From positions 416,001 through 480,000 of the forward strand of contig CAXXMR010000012.1 in the NCBI GenBank assembly GCA_963663805.2: DNA of 64,000 nucleotides. The letters run 5' to 3'. The translations under genes and the position numbers were made by a program. Below are positions 1 to 8,855 of the stretch, in pieces (the stretch's first letter is position 1; the number at the start of each line of letters is the position of its first letter). The notes below the pieces were generated by a model. It was not told the DNA's origin. It worked only from the letters and a program-made list of their open reading frames with translations, and ran no database searches. The DNA comes from Sedimentisphaerales bacterium (GTDB taxonomy: Bacteria > Planctomycetota > Phycisphaerae > Sedimentisphaerales > SM23-30).

Positions 1-94
1 TCGAGCTGTCTGAATCGCCTTAGGACCGAAAAAGTCTCAGTAATGGTCTTTTAGCCTAAGTGCTTGATACAACAGCTGTAAGAGATATTGCAAT

Positions 95-796
95 ATGAAA
101 AAATTACTGGTTGTACGTTCGGGACAAACCCCTTGGGACATTTCTCAGGGTAGTCAGGATGACAGACGCTTACAGGGTACGATACCTCTGCCCCTCACAG
201 AGGCAGGCCTGAACGACCTGAAAATTCTGGCTCAGGAAATCGCAAAGCACTGTTCACAAATACTTTACAGTAGTGGTAATGAATCCGCCGGACCAACCGC
301 CGAATTTCTGGCTAACCAACTCAACATCAAAGCCAAAAAAATCCCTGACCTGCACGAACTGGATTGCGGACTCTGGCAAGGACTGCGTATATCAGACATA
401 AAACGCAGATATTGCAAGACTTACAAACAATGGCTCACCGACCCCGCCTCCGTAACACCGCCCCAGGGAGAGTCGCTGGATGAACTCATCGAACGAATCA
501 ACCCCGCCCTGGAACTCATGGACCGTAAATCCGCCGGAAAAACAGCCCTGCTCGTAACTGCCCCCATCATCGGCGCCGCCATTCAGTGCATACTACAGGA
601 AAGACCATTACAACAGCTCTGGCAGGTCTCCCAACAAACCCAGCAATTGACTGTATTCGACTTCGAAAAACAGGATAAAACCGCCGAGATTGCCGTTGCC
701 ATACCAGCCCAAAACCAAAGCAGGACGCTGCTAAGCTCTACAGCACAAGAAGTTACAGAAAGCCAGCTGGCCCGCCCCAGGAACAAGGTTATATGA
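95..796 (+). CDS. Histidine phosphatase (phosphoglycerate mutase-like) family protein; catalytic His apparently replaced
   Basis: N-terminal VVRSGQT (canonical RHGxT), LHELDCGLWQG and PPQGES motifs; overlaps the accD start by 4 bp. Confidence 0.75.
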   Translation: MKKLLVVRSGQTPWDISQGSQDDRRLQGTIPLPLTEAGLNDLKILAQEIAKHCSQILYSSGNESAGPTAEFLANQLNIKAKKIPDLHELDCGLWQGLRISDIKRRYCKTYKQWLTDPASVTPPQGESLDELIERINPALELMDRKSAGKTALLVTAPIIGAAIQCILQERPLQQLWQVSQQTQQLTVFDFEKQDKTAEIAVAIPAQNQSRTLLSSTAQEVTESQLARPRNKVI

Positions 797-1635
797 GTGC
801 ACAAACCCGAATCGCATGGGAAGGTTACACATTGCAGAAAAAACTCGAAGTACCGGAAGGATTATGGCGTAAGTGCCCCGGCTGCGAAGAGATGGTATAT
901 TCGCGGACCGTGGAGGAAAACCTCGAAGTTTGCCCTGAATGTGACCATCACTTCCGCGTTAGTGCCAGGGCCCGGCTGAACCAGCTCTGTGACACCGATA
1001 GTTTCGAGGAGTTTGCCGCAGATTATCTCCCCGCCGACCCCCTGGAATTTACCGACCGGATAAGCTATTCCGACCGCTTGGTCGGCCAGCAAAAAAAAAC
1101 CGGACTTAACGACGCAGCCCTTGCTGGAAAAGCATTTATAAAAGGCCGCCCAGTAGTCCTGGTTGCTCTGGACCCTGATTTTATGATGGGCTCGATGGGT
1201 TCGGTTGTGGGTGAAAAAATCACTCTCGCTGCCGAAAAAGCCCTGAAATACTCTATCCCCCTGATTACTATCAGTTGTTCCGGCGGCGCACGCATGCAGG
1301 AAGGCGTGCTTTCCCTGGCCCAGATGGCCAAAACCAGCGCAGCTGTCGCCAGACTCCACGAAGCCGGAGGACTTTTCATCTCAGTCCTCGCCGACCCCAC
1401 CAGCGGCGGAGTAACCGCCAGCTTCGCTATGCTCGGCGACGTTATCATCGCAGAACCACAAGCGCTTATTTGCTTCGCGGGCCCCAGAACCATCTGGCAC
1501 ACCATCAAAGTAGAACTCCCCGAAGGTTTTCAACGCGCGGAATTTCTCATGAAGCATGGTTTCGTCGATCGAATCGTCCCCCGAAACAAACTTCGCAGCG
1601 AAATTGCCCGAATAATAGACTATTGCGGTAAATAA
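793..1635 (+). CDS. accD: Acetyl-CoA carboxylase carboxyltransferase beta subunit
   Basis: GLWRKCPGC...CPEC zinc finger, GSMGSVVGEK, SGGARMQEG, PTSGGVTASFAMLGD, FQRAEFL motifs. Confidence 0.97.
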   Translation: MSAQTRIAWEGYTLQKKLEVPEGLWRKCPGCEEMVYSRTVEENLEVCPECDHHFRVSARARLNQLCDTDSFEEFAADYLPADPLEFTDRISYSDRLVGQQKKTGLNDAALAGKAFIKGRPVVLVALDPDFMMGSMGSVVGEKITLAAEKALKYSIPLITISCSGGARMQEGVLSLAQMAKTSAAVARLHEAGGLFISVLADPTSGGVTASFAMLGDVIIAEPQALICFAGPRTIWHTIKVELPEGFQRAEFLMKHGFVDRIVPRNKLRSEIARIIDYCGK

Positions 1636-1671
1636 TACCCCCACACTATTTCCATTCCCTAAAAAACATAT

Positions 1672-1700
1672 TTGACAAAATCCGCCATCTAAGCTAGCTT
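1672..1700 (+). promoter_or_regulatory. sigma70-like promoter for tRNA-His
   Basis: TTGACA (1672-1677), 17-bp spacer, TAGCTT (1695-1700), 30 bp upstream of the tRNA. Confidence 0.6.
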
Positions 1701-1729
1701 ATCGCCTCTGCTTAACACGGCAGATAAAC

Positions 1730-1804
1730 GGTGAGAGTAGCTCAGTCGGCTAGAGCACCAGGTTGTGGTCCTGGGGGTCGCGGGTTCGAGTCCCGTCTCC
1801 CACC
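1730..1804 (+). tRNA. tRNA-His (GUG)
   Basis: G-1 at 1730, D-arm GTAGCTCAGTCGGCTAGAGC, anticodon arm CCAGG-TTGTGGT-CCTGG, T-arm GCGGG-TTCGAGT-CCCGT, discriminator C; CCA not fully encoded; one A-C mismatch in the acceptor stem. Confidence 0.95.
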
Positions 1805-1878
1805 CTTATATAATCCTATATATAGCAATAGCTTATGCGGGATTTTCTTTGAACTGGACCCGCCAAATTACCCCCAGA

Positions 1879-1899
1879 TGTGAAAATTACTGTGAAAAT
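1879..1899 (+). repeat. Tandem direct repeat TGTGAAAAT x2 (12-bp period), possible integrase arm-type sites
   Basis: TGTGAAAAT at 1879-1887 and 1891-1899 between tRNA and integrase; function inferred from position. Confidence 0.4.
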
Positions 1900-1987
1900 A
1901 TCTGCTCACTTTTAATCCGGTAAATCCAGATTTGCATAGTGAAACCCTTTTTTGTAGTGTGTCTGTAAAGAGTGCTCAAATATAGGG

Positions 1988-3022
1988 TTGCAAAAAATGG
2001 CATCATTAAAATATCACAAGGACGTAAAGAGATGGCGAGTCTTCTGGCATGTCACCCTTCCGGACGGCTCAATCGACAAAGGCAGCAGAAGTTTTAAACT
2101 CAAGGATGAGGGGCAAAAGTTCAAGGAGCATTGCGAAAAACAAGGGGCGAAACTAAAAAGAGCCAGGATAGTCAAGGTTCCTCTATTAGACGACGCGGTT
2201 GAGAGTTGGCGGATATTTATGGGCCAGCATACAGAACGAACCCAGAAGATGTACAGTGATGTATTAAGGGATTTCTTAAAATTTGCTTCTAATGACCTTC
2301 TGGCCAGTGACTTAACATCCCAACATATAATGGGGTATTTGAACTCTCTTATAGCTAGAGGCCTGGGCAATAAAAGCGTGAATAATCATTTATGTGCAAT
2401 TAAATCTTTTTGCGGGTATCTGGAAACGAATTACCAGATTCCCAGTTCCGCAAAAAATATTAAGAAATTCAAAGAGGGGGATATTGATGTCTATTTCACC
2501 AATAGAAATGAATACAATCTGATTTTAGAACATTGCGATGATATCGGTGTTGGCTGGATTAGATTTATCGCAAATACTGGCCTGAGGGCGAGCGAGTTTT
2601 GTAATCTGAAATGGGGGGACTATGATGCTGATGCCAGAACCATAACAGTTATTGGCAAGGGCAGAAAAAGAAGGACGATTGGCTTGAATAATATTGCAAT
2701 TACCGTCCTGGAAGACAGGAGAGCGGGCAAGAAGATAAAACTTAAAGACCATATATTTCTTCGCAAAGATGGTTTGCCATTGATTCGCCATACATTGCAT
2801 TATTTTATCTCAAAAGCCTGCTGCGATGCGGGAGTGACGAGTTTTGGCCCTCACACGCTTCGCCACTTTTTTGCTACTGAGCTTCTTAAGGCTGGGATCC
2901 CTATCATCAAGGTTTCTCAACTCATGGGACACAGCAGTGTTACTACTACCCAAAAACATTACTCCCATATCCTCAGCAGCGACGTTGCGAACGCCACCAG
3001 CGTTCTTGAGGCTCTGGGATAG
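1988..3022 (+). CDS. Tyrosine recombinase / phage-type integrase
   Basis: Catalytic set TGLRASE (R), GKG (K), HTLRH (HxxR), MGH (H), KHY (Y); start may be ATG 1997. Confidence 0.95.
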   Translation: MQKMASLKYHKDVKRWRVFWHVTLPDGSIDKGSRSFKLKDEGQKFKEHCEKQGAKLKRARIVKVPLLDDAVESWRIFMGQHTERTQKMYSDVLRDFLKFASNDLLASDLTSQHIMGYLNSLIARGLGNKSVNNHLCAIKSFCGYLETNYQIPSSAKNIKKFKEGDIDVYFTNRNEYNLILEHCDDIGVGWIRFIANTGLRASEFCNLKWGDYDADARTITVIGKGRKRRTIGLNNIAITVLEDRRAGKKIKLKDHIFLRKDGLPLIRHTLHYFISKACCDAGVTSFGPHTLRHFFATELLKAGIPIIKVSQLMGHSSVTTTQKHYSHILSSDVANATSVLEALG

Positions 3023-3211
3023 TTCGTATTTTTCCATAGCATGACGCTCAAGAACAGCAGTATGCCAGCCTTTTTTACGGGACCATTTGGAGCCATAAGT
3101 GAAATCCGGCAGAGAGCCTTCTTCGATCATTCTATGGATAGTTTTGTCCGAGACATCCATTTGCTCCATCATTTCCGACATAGTAATTATTATTTTATGA
3201 GTTCCTTTCAT
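2810..3211 (-). CDS. Excisionase/AlpA-like helix-turn-helix protein; 3' part overlaps the integrase antisense
   Basis: ATG at 3211 with GGAG RBS (3223-3226, minus strand); ITMSEMMEQMDVSDKTIHRMIEEGSLP is a typical Xis/AlpA HTH. Confidence 0.7.
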   Translation of the reverse strand: MKGTHKIIITMSEMMEQMDVSDKTIHRMIEEGSLPDFTYGSKWSRKKGWHTAVLERHAMEKYELSQSLKNAGGVRNVAAEDMGVMFLGSSNTAVSHELRNLDDRDPSLKKLSSKKVAKRVRAKTRHSRIAAGF

Positions 3212-3704
3212 TCTTGATATTACTCCAGTTAAAACAACGATTATGGAGTTGATCATAAATAAAACAGAATCACTACTCAATAGCATCTGATTATTTTGTA
3301 ACTAATTTATTGAAAAGAAGTTAGATTGCTTTGGATTGGTTTTTTGAGGGAAATACCCATAGATTAATATATGAATAGTAAGAAAATCCCCAAATCAATC
3401 AAATTGGTCGAAATCAAACAGACGCCTAAAAGTTTGTTCTAATCACGAACAACCTTAAATCATATCCCCACTCTCCAATAGTTAATTGTAATAAAGTAAT
3501 AAGATATTGGAGAGGCAGAATATCAATTTCTGATTCAGAATAAGCTTTATAAGCAAATTAATAAGCCTTAATTGTTCCTTGACAGAAATTAGACATCAGG
3601 ATATTTAAGAATTATTGGTTTCGGGCGGAACCGACCTCTGGCTATCCAAGTCAAACCTAAGCCCTTTTAAAATAATTGTTTATGTTTATTTTAAGGAGCT
3701 TATT

Positions 3705-4028
3705 ATGAGCCAGGGAATTCTCTTTTCTGAACCTTCTATTGCTGAAACTGGGGTCTGGTGCGAGTTAAATCAGGAGATAGATCCTTCTGCATGGGCTTTT
3801 ATTTGTAGAAAAATAGGGAAAATGAGTTATGAGGAGTTCTCCTTATTTGATGCCCTTTTAGATGCCCATTTTAATGCCAAAACTGCCCTTAAAGGGCAAA
3901 TAGAGGCAATAATGGGCATAATTGAGGGGCAAGGGGGAGATTTAAACCGGGAGGATTCTGGGCAGAATATGCCTCTTGTGAGCATTGGACCCAGTGGGAT
4001 GGGAGGGGAATATCAAAAATATATATAG
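3705..4028 (+). CDS. Hypothetical protein
   Basis: AAGGAG RBS at 3693-3698 before ATG 3705; no recognised motif. Confidence 0.55.
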   Translation: MSQGILFSEPSIAETGVWCELNQEIDPSAWAFICRKIGKMSYEEFSLFDALLDAHFNAKTALKGQIEAIMGIIEGQGGDLNREDSGQNMPLVSIGPSGMGGEYQKYI

Positions 4029-4182
4029 ATTTGATAGGTCTATAAATGCTTTACATATAAATATTTGCGAAATAAAGTAACAGGACTACTAGCATATTTA
4101 GGTTTTTTGCTTGCTTGTGCCCAATTATCGTCTATATTTAAGTGAAATAATAAAGTAGGAGTGTTACTGAAAGTGGTTTTGC

Positions 4183-4758
4183 GTGGTTAAACTATCAGAC
4201 ATTACAAGCATATATTCAGGAATCGTCTTCTGGGGCGAAAAGAAACCCTATGATAATTTCAGGGATTTTCCTGTTGTGCAAGGCAAGGATATTGATGATA
4301 ATAATAGGGTCAATTGGGCACAGTTATCCAGAGCCGTTTTACAACTTAAGAAGCAAGAGCATATTATTCGCCAAGGGGATATCCTGGTCAGGTGTAAGGG
4401 ACTTCCTCATATAGCAGTTCTGGCTGACAGTCCTAAAGAAGATACAGTTGCTGGTTCGCAGTTTTTTGTGGTTAGGGCTAAAAATGATTTAATTTTCCCT
4501 GATTTTCTGGCGTGGTATATGAATCAGTCTCCGGCACAGAGGTATTTAAATCTGTATTCAGCGGGAACCAATATTAAGCATATTAACAAGAAAGTTTTAT
4601 CTGCCCTGGAAGTGGCTGTACCATCATTGGAGATACAGAAGAAAGTAGTGCAGGTGCATAATCTGTGGCAGAAAGAAAACGAAATATTAGAACAGATTAA
4701 ACATAAAAAAGAGCAAGTATTACAATCTCAACTTTTGAATTTAGTTCAGAATAAATAG
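4183..4758 (+). CDS. Half-size type I R-M specificity-subunit-like protein (single TRD)
   Basis: IRQGDILV, PDFLAWYMNQ, GTNIKHINKKVLSALEVAVPSLEIQKKVV resemble HsdS conserved regions; immediately upstream of hsdM. Confidence 0.8.
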   Translation: MVKLSDITSIYSGIVFWGEKKPYDNFRDFPVVQGKDIDDNNRVNWAQLSRAVLQLKKQEHIIRQGDILVRCKGLPHIAVLADSPKEDTVAGSQFFVVRAKNDLIFPDFLAWYMNQSPAQRYLNLYSAGTNIKHINKKVLSALEVAVPSLEIQKKVVQVHNLWQKENEILEQIKHKKEQVLQSQLLNLVQNK

Positions 4759-4766
4759 GAGTAGAT

Positions 4767-6308
4767 ATGACAGCCGACCATAAAATCAATCAGGATGAAA
4801 TAAATGGCATTGCCTGGAAAGCCTGCGATACATTTAGGGGTGTGGTGGATCCAGCCCAATACAAAGATTATATTCTGGTAACTCTGTTCTTGAAATATAT
4901 ATCTGATGTCTGGAATGACCGTAAAACCCAATTTGAAAAGCAATTCAAAGGTGATGAAAAGAGGGTTCAACGCCGACTGGAACGGGAAAGATTTATAATT
5001 CCTGATATCCAAATCAAGAATGAAAAGGGAAAAGTTACCGAAACATTCTCTGCAACCTTTGACAGTCTTTATGAACGCAGAAATGCTCCCAATATCGGTG
5101 AATTAATCAATAATGTCCTGGATGAGATAGAAGAGGCTAACAAATCAAAATTGGAAGGGGTGTTCCGTAACATAGACTTCAATTCTGAAGGTAATCTGGG
5201 TCAAACCAAGGAACGAAATGCCCGCTTGAAGCATTTATTGGAGGATTTTGCGGATAAGAAGTTAGATTTGCGTCCTTCGGTGATAGGTGAACATGATGTA
5301 ATTGGTAATACTTATATGTATCTCATCTCCAGATTTGCTTCGGATTCGGGCAAAAAGGGGGGGGAGTTCTATACACCCACTGAAGTTGCTCTGCTTCTGG
5401 CAAGATTAGTCGAACCCCAGGAGGGAGACCGTATATGTGACCCGGCTTGTGGTTCTGCTTCCTTGTTGGTTCGCTGTGCCAATCTTATTGGCTCTCCGAA
5501 CTATTCTCTCTATGGTCAGGAGTCAAACGGTAGCACCTGGGCATTGGCGAAAATGAACGTATTTCTTAACGAAAAGGATAATGCCCGTATCGAGTGGGGC
5601 GATACCATCCGAAATCCCAAACTGATTGAGAAAGACCAGCTCATGAATTTTGATGTGGTGGTGGCTAATCCTCCGTTTTCGCTGGAAAAATGGGGTATCG
5701 AAGAAGCGGAAAGTGACCGTTATCGGCGTTTCCATAGAGGACTCCCTCCCAAAAGCAAGGGCGATTATGCCTTTATTACCCATATGGTGGAAACCGCCAA
5801 TGAAGACGGCGGCAGAGTAGGGGTGATTGTGCCGCATGGCGTGCTGTTTCGAGGAGGGGCAGAAGGCAGGATAAGAACCCAGTTCATTGATGAGAATATT
5901 CTTGATGCTGTGGTGGGACTGCCGAGCAATCTGTTCTTTGGAACTGGGATACCGGCTGCTATCCTGATATTCAAAAAGAGCAGACGTAAAAAGGATGTGC
6001 TGTTCATCGATGCCAGCAGGGAATTTGAGGATGGTAAGAATCAAAACAGGTTAAGACAACAAGATATCGACAAGGTTTATGAGACTTATAAAAAACGCAA
6101 AGCAATAGACAAATATTCTTATATCGCCAGTATAGAAGAGATTAAGGAGAATGATTATAATCTCAATATTCCCCGTTATGTTGATACCTTTGAAGAGGAA
6201 GAGGAAGTGGATATTCCGGCAGTCAAGAAGGAGATAGCAGGGCTGGAGAAGGAACTGGCAACAGTCCAGAAAGAAATGGATGAGTATCTGAAGGAGTTGG
6301 GTCTGTGA
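4767..6308 (+). CDS. hsdM: Type I restriction-modification methyltransferase subunit M
   Basis: GEFYTP, DPACGS, VVANPPF, VPHGVLFRG, YNLNIPRYVD motifs. Confidence 0.97.
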   Translation: MTADHKINQDEINGIAWKACDTFRGVVDPAQYKDYILVTLFLKYISDVWNDRKTQFEKQFKGDEKRVQRRLERERFIIPDIQIKNEKGKVTETFSATFDSLYERRNAPNIGELINNVLDEIEEANKSKLEGVFRNIDFNSEGNLGQTKERNARLKHLLEDFADKKLDLRPSVIGEHDVIGNTYMYLISRFASDSGKKGGEFYTPTEVALLLARLVEPQEGDRICDPACGSASLLVRCANLIGSPNYSLYGQESNGSTWALAKMNVFLNEKDNARIEWGDTIRNPKLIEKDQLMNFDVVVANPPFSLEKWGIEEAESDRYRRFHRGLPPKSKGDYAFITHMVETANEDGGRVGVIVPHGVLFRGGAEGRIRTQFIDENILDAVVGLPSNLFFGTGIPAAILIFKKSRRKKDVLFIDASREFEDGKNQNRLRQQDIDKVYETYKKRKAIDKYSYIASIEEIKENDYNLNIPRYVDTFEEEEEVDIPAVKKEIAGLEKELATVQKEMDEYLKELGL

Positions 6309-7525
6309 AGGTTGATCTTGTGCATTACAATAATGCTGCTCTTGGGGATAACCCAAAGGAATGGCAATGTGTCCTTATGGACAAAGTTGCTGAACGTGCT
6401 ACAGGGCATACGCCTAACAAAAAGATAAGTAAATATTGGAATGGAGGGATAAAATGGGTTTCTTTAGCAGACTCAAATAAACTTAATGTGCCGGTAATAT
6501 ATGATACGGCTAAAAACATTAGCGATGAAGGGATAAAGAATTCGTCGGCAAGATATTTGCCAAAGGGGACGGTAATCTTACTACGGGATGCTGCCGTTGG
6601 GAAGGTTACGACGCTTGGGGAAAACATGGCAGTTAGTCAACATTTCGTTGCATGGATATGTGGAGAAAAGCTTCATAACAGATATTTGTACTACCATCTC
6701 TATGGGAGAATGAATGAATTTCAGAGAATAGCGGTAGGATCGACCATTGTCACAATCGGAATGGGATATTTTGCTAAAATGAGAATTCTCCTCCCCCCTC
6801 TTCCCGAACAAAAGAAGATTGCTGCTATATTGGGTAAGTGGGATGAGGGGATTGAAAAGCTGGAGAAGCTGATTACGGCAAAGAAGGCACTTAAAAAGGG
6901 TTTAATGCAGCAACTCCTGACCGGCAAAAAACGGTTTAAGGAGTTCAAGGGGCAGAAGTGGAAAAAGATTGAGTTTGGACATCTTGTTTATTTGTCAAAA
7001 AAGAAATACGACCCTAAAAAAAGTGGATATTCTTTAAGATGTATAGAGCTTGAACATATCAAATCAGAAAATGGACAATTGCTGGGTCACATTAATTCAA
7101 ATCAACAAGCATGTGTAAAGAATTATTTTCAAAAAGGCAACGTTCTTTTTGGAAAATTACGTCCTTACCTCAAAAAATACTATTTAGCCTCTTTTGACGG
7201 AGTGTGCTCAACCGAAATATGGGTATTACAAGCTCTTGAAACGCTTTGTTGTAATCACTTTCTTTTTTATTTAATACAGACCTCGTTTTTTTATCAAGCT
7301 ACTAATGTGACTTCTGGTACAAAGATGCCACGTTCCGACTGGAATTATGTTTCAGAAATTCCGTTTGAGGTCCCATCCTTGGAGGAACAAAAAAAGATTG
7401 CCTCGATTTTAAATGTGGTAGATAACGAGATTGAAATATTAAATCGGAAGCTTGCAGGATTGAAGGAGCAGAAAAAGGGACTGATGCAGAAATTGTTGAC
7501 TGGTAAGATTAGAGTGAAAGTATAA
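6305..7525 (+). CDS. hsdS: Type I R-M specificity subunit S
   Basis: Two TRDs each followed by PPLPEQKKIA / PSLEEQKKIA and KKGLMQ(Q/K)LLTGK repeats. Confidence 0.95.
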   Translation: MKVDLVHYNNAALGDNPKEWQCVLMDKVAERATGHTPNKKISKYWNGGIKWVSLADSNKLNVPVIYDTAKNISDEGIKNSSARYLPKGTVILLRDAAVGKVTTLGENMAVSQHFVAWICGEKLHNRYLYYHLYGRMNEFQRIAVGSTIVTIGMGYFAKMRILLPPLPEQKKIAAILGKWDEGIEKLEKLITAKKALKKGLMQQLLTGKKRFKEFKGQKWKKIEFGHLVYLSKKKYDPKKSGYSLRCIELEHIKSENGQLLGHINSNQQACVKNYFQKGNVLFGKLRPYLKKYYLASFDGVCSTEIWVLQALETLCCNHFLFYLIQTSFFYQATNVTSGTKMPRSDWNYVSEIPFEVPSLEEQKKIASILNVVDNEIEILNRKLAGLKEQKKGLMQKLLTGKIRVKV

Positions 7526-7534
7526 GGATTTGTA

Positions 7535-8758
7535 ATGGATTCATCATGGTTAACAGCCTTTGTTGATGAGTGCGGGACCAATGAATTGGATTCCAATAAG
7601 CAAGGGGTTTCGCATTTGTTTATTTGTGTAGCCATTGTGGTAAATTATGAGGCAATTCGAATAATAGAAATAGAAATGAGGTCAATTAGTAGCGAATTAT
7701 GTGGCGGAGCAGAGGTTCGAAGTAGCAAAATTGGTAGCAATCACCATAGACGTTTGCAATTCATTAACAGGATAAAGAATTTGCCGTTTGGTTATTATGC
7801 ATTGGTAATTAATAAAAATCGAATTAAAAAAGAATCTGGGTTAAAATATAAAACATCTTTCTATAAATATATTAATCAAATGCTTTATAGGCGTTTAGAT
7901 AGTTGTGGCATGAACATGCGAGTTGTAGCAGACGAGATCGGTGGTCGAGATTTCATGGAAAGTTTTGAATCATATATTATACGTAAAAGCCAAGAAACTC
8001 TTTTTACTAACTTTACCAGTGAACATTTTGTTCATGAGTTTGCAGGCAGCAAGGAAACCCCTTTAATTCAATTGGCTGATCTTCTTGCCGGAACATTGAG
8101 CTACTGCTTTGATGAAGGCAAAAAGAGTGAATTTAGTGAAGTTTATCGAGAATTGTTGCGTTCAAAAGAAATAGAGATACAGTCTTGGCCGGTAGAAATT
8201 GTACCTATTCCTGACAAGATTCCGGATACAGTAAGAGGATTGAATGACCGACTGCGAAAAACATGTTCTAACCGAGCGGCAAAATTTATTCAGGAAAATG
8301 AAAATTCGGATATTATAGAAAAAGCCATGCAGGCAGCAACTCTTCGGTATTTGTTTTTTGCAAGAAACTTTGAAAAAAGAGAACACCAAGCGGTTTATGC
8401 CGATATACTTATGGAGGATTTGAAAGAAGAAGGTTTTGAAGAGATTTCGAAGCAAGCGTTTTCTTTAGGCATAATTGGCAAACTTCGTGAAGCGGGAATT
8501 ATCATAGCAGGAACAAATGAAGGTTATCGGTTGGCTCTTTCTGTGGAAGATATTCAGGACTATCTTAATCACGACAAAAATATTATCGAGCCGATGATAA
8601 ACCGTCTAATAACTGCTCGTGATGTCGTAAGGCATGATACCGCAAACGGCTATGATATATTAGATAATCAGCAATATACTTGTCTGAAGGAAATTGTAGA
8701 AGCATTCTCGGATTACAGGATTAATTGTTCCGTAATAGGTAATAGAAACTTGTCATAG
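7535..8758 (+). CDS. DUF3800-family (RNase H-like fold) protein with probable C-terminal winged helix
   Basis: N-terminal FVDECG and IQLADLLAG motifs; C-terminal IIGKLREAGIIIAGTNEGYRL is wHTH-like. Confidence 0.7.
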   Translation: MDSSWLTAFVDECGTNELDSNKQGVSHLFICVAIVVNYEAIRIIEIEMRSISSELCGGAEVRSSKIGSNHHRRLQFINRIKNLPFGYYALVINKNRIKKESGLKYKTSFYKYINQMLYRRLDSCGMNMRVVADEIGGRDFMESFESYIIRKSQETLFTNFTSEHFVHEFAGSKETPLIQLADLLAGTLSYCFDEGKKSEFSEVYRELLRSKEIEIQSWPVEIVPIPDKIPDTVRGLNDRLRKTCSNRAAKFIQENENSDIIEKAMQAATLRYLFFARNFEKREHQAVYADILMEDLKEEGFEEISKQAFSLGIIGKLREAGIIIAGTNEGYRLALSVEDIQDYLNHDKNIIEPMINRLITARDVVRHDTANGYDILDNQQYTCLKEIVEAFSDYRINCSVIGNRNLS

Positions 8759-8855
8759 ATATTTTTAGTCAGTGGATCTGCCTATCGACGTACAAAGGCT
8801 ATTTGCAAGCTAACTATATAATTGGCTTAACAAATACTTATGAAAAATTCATATA

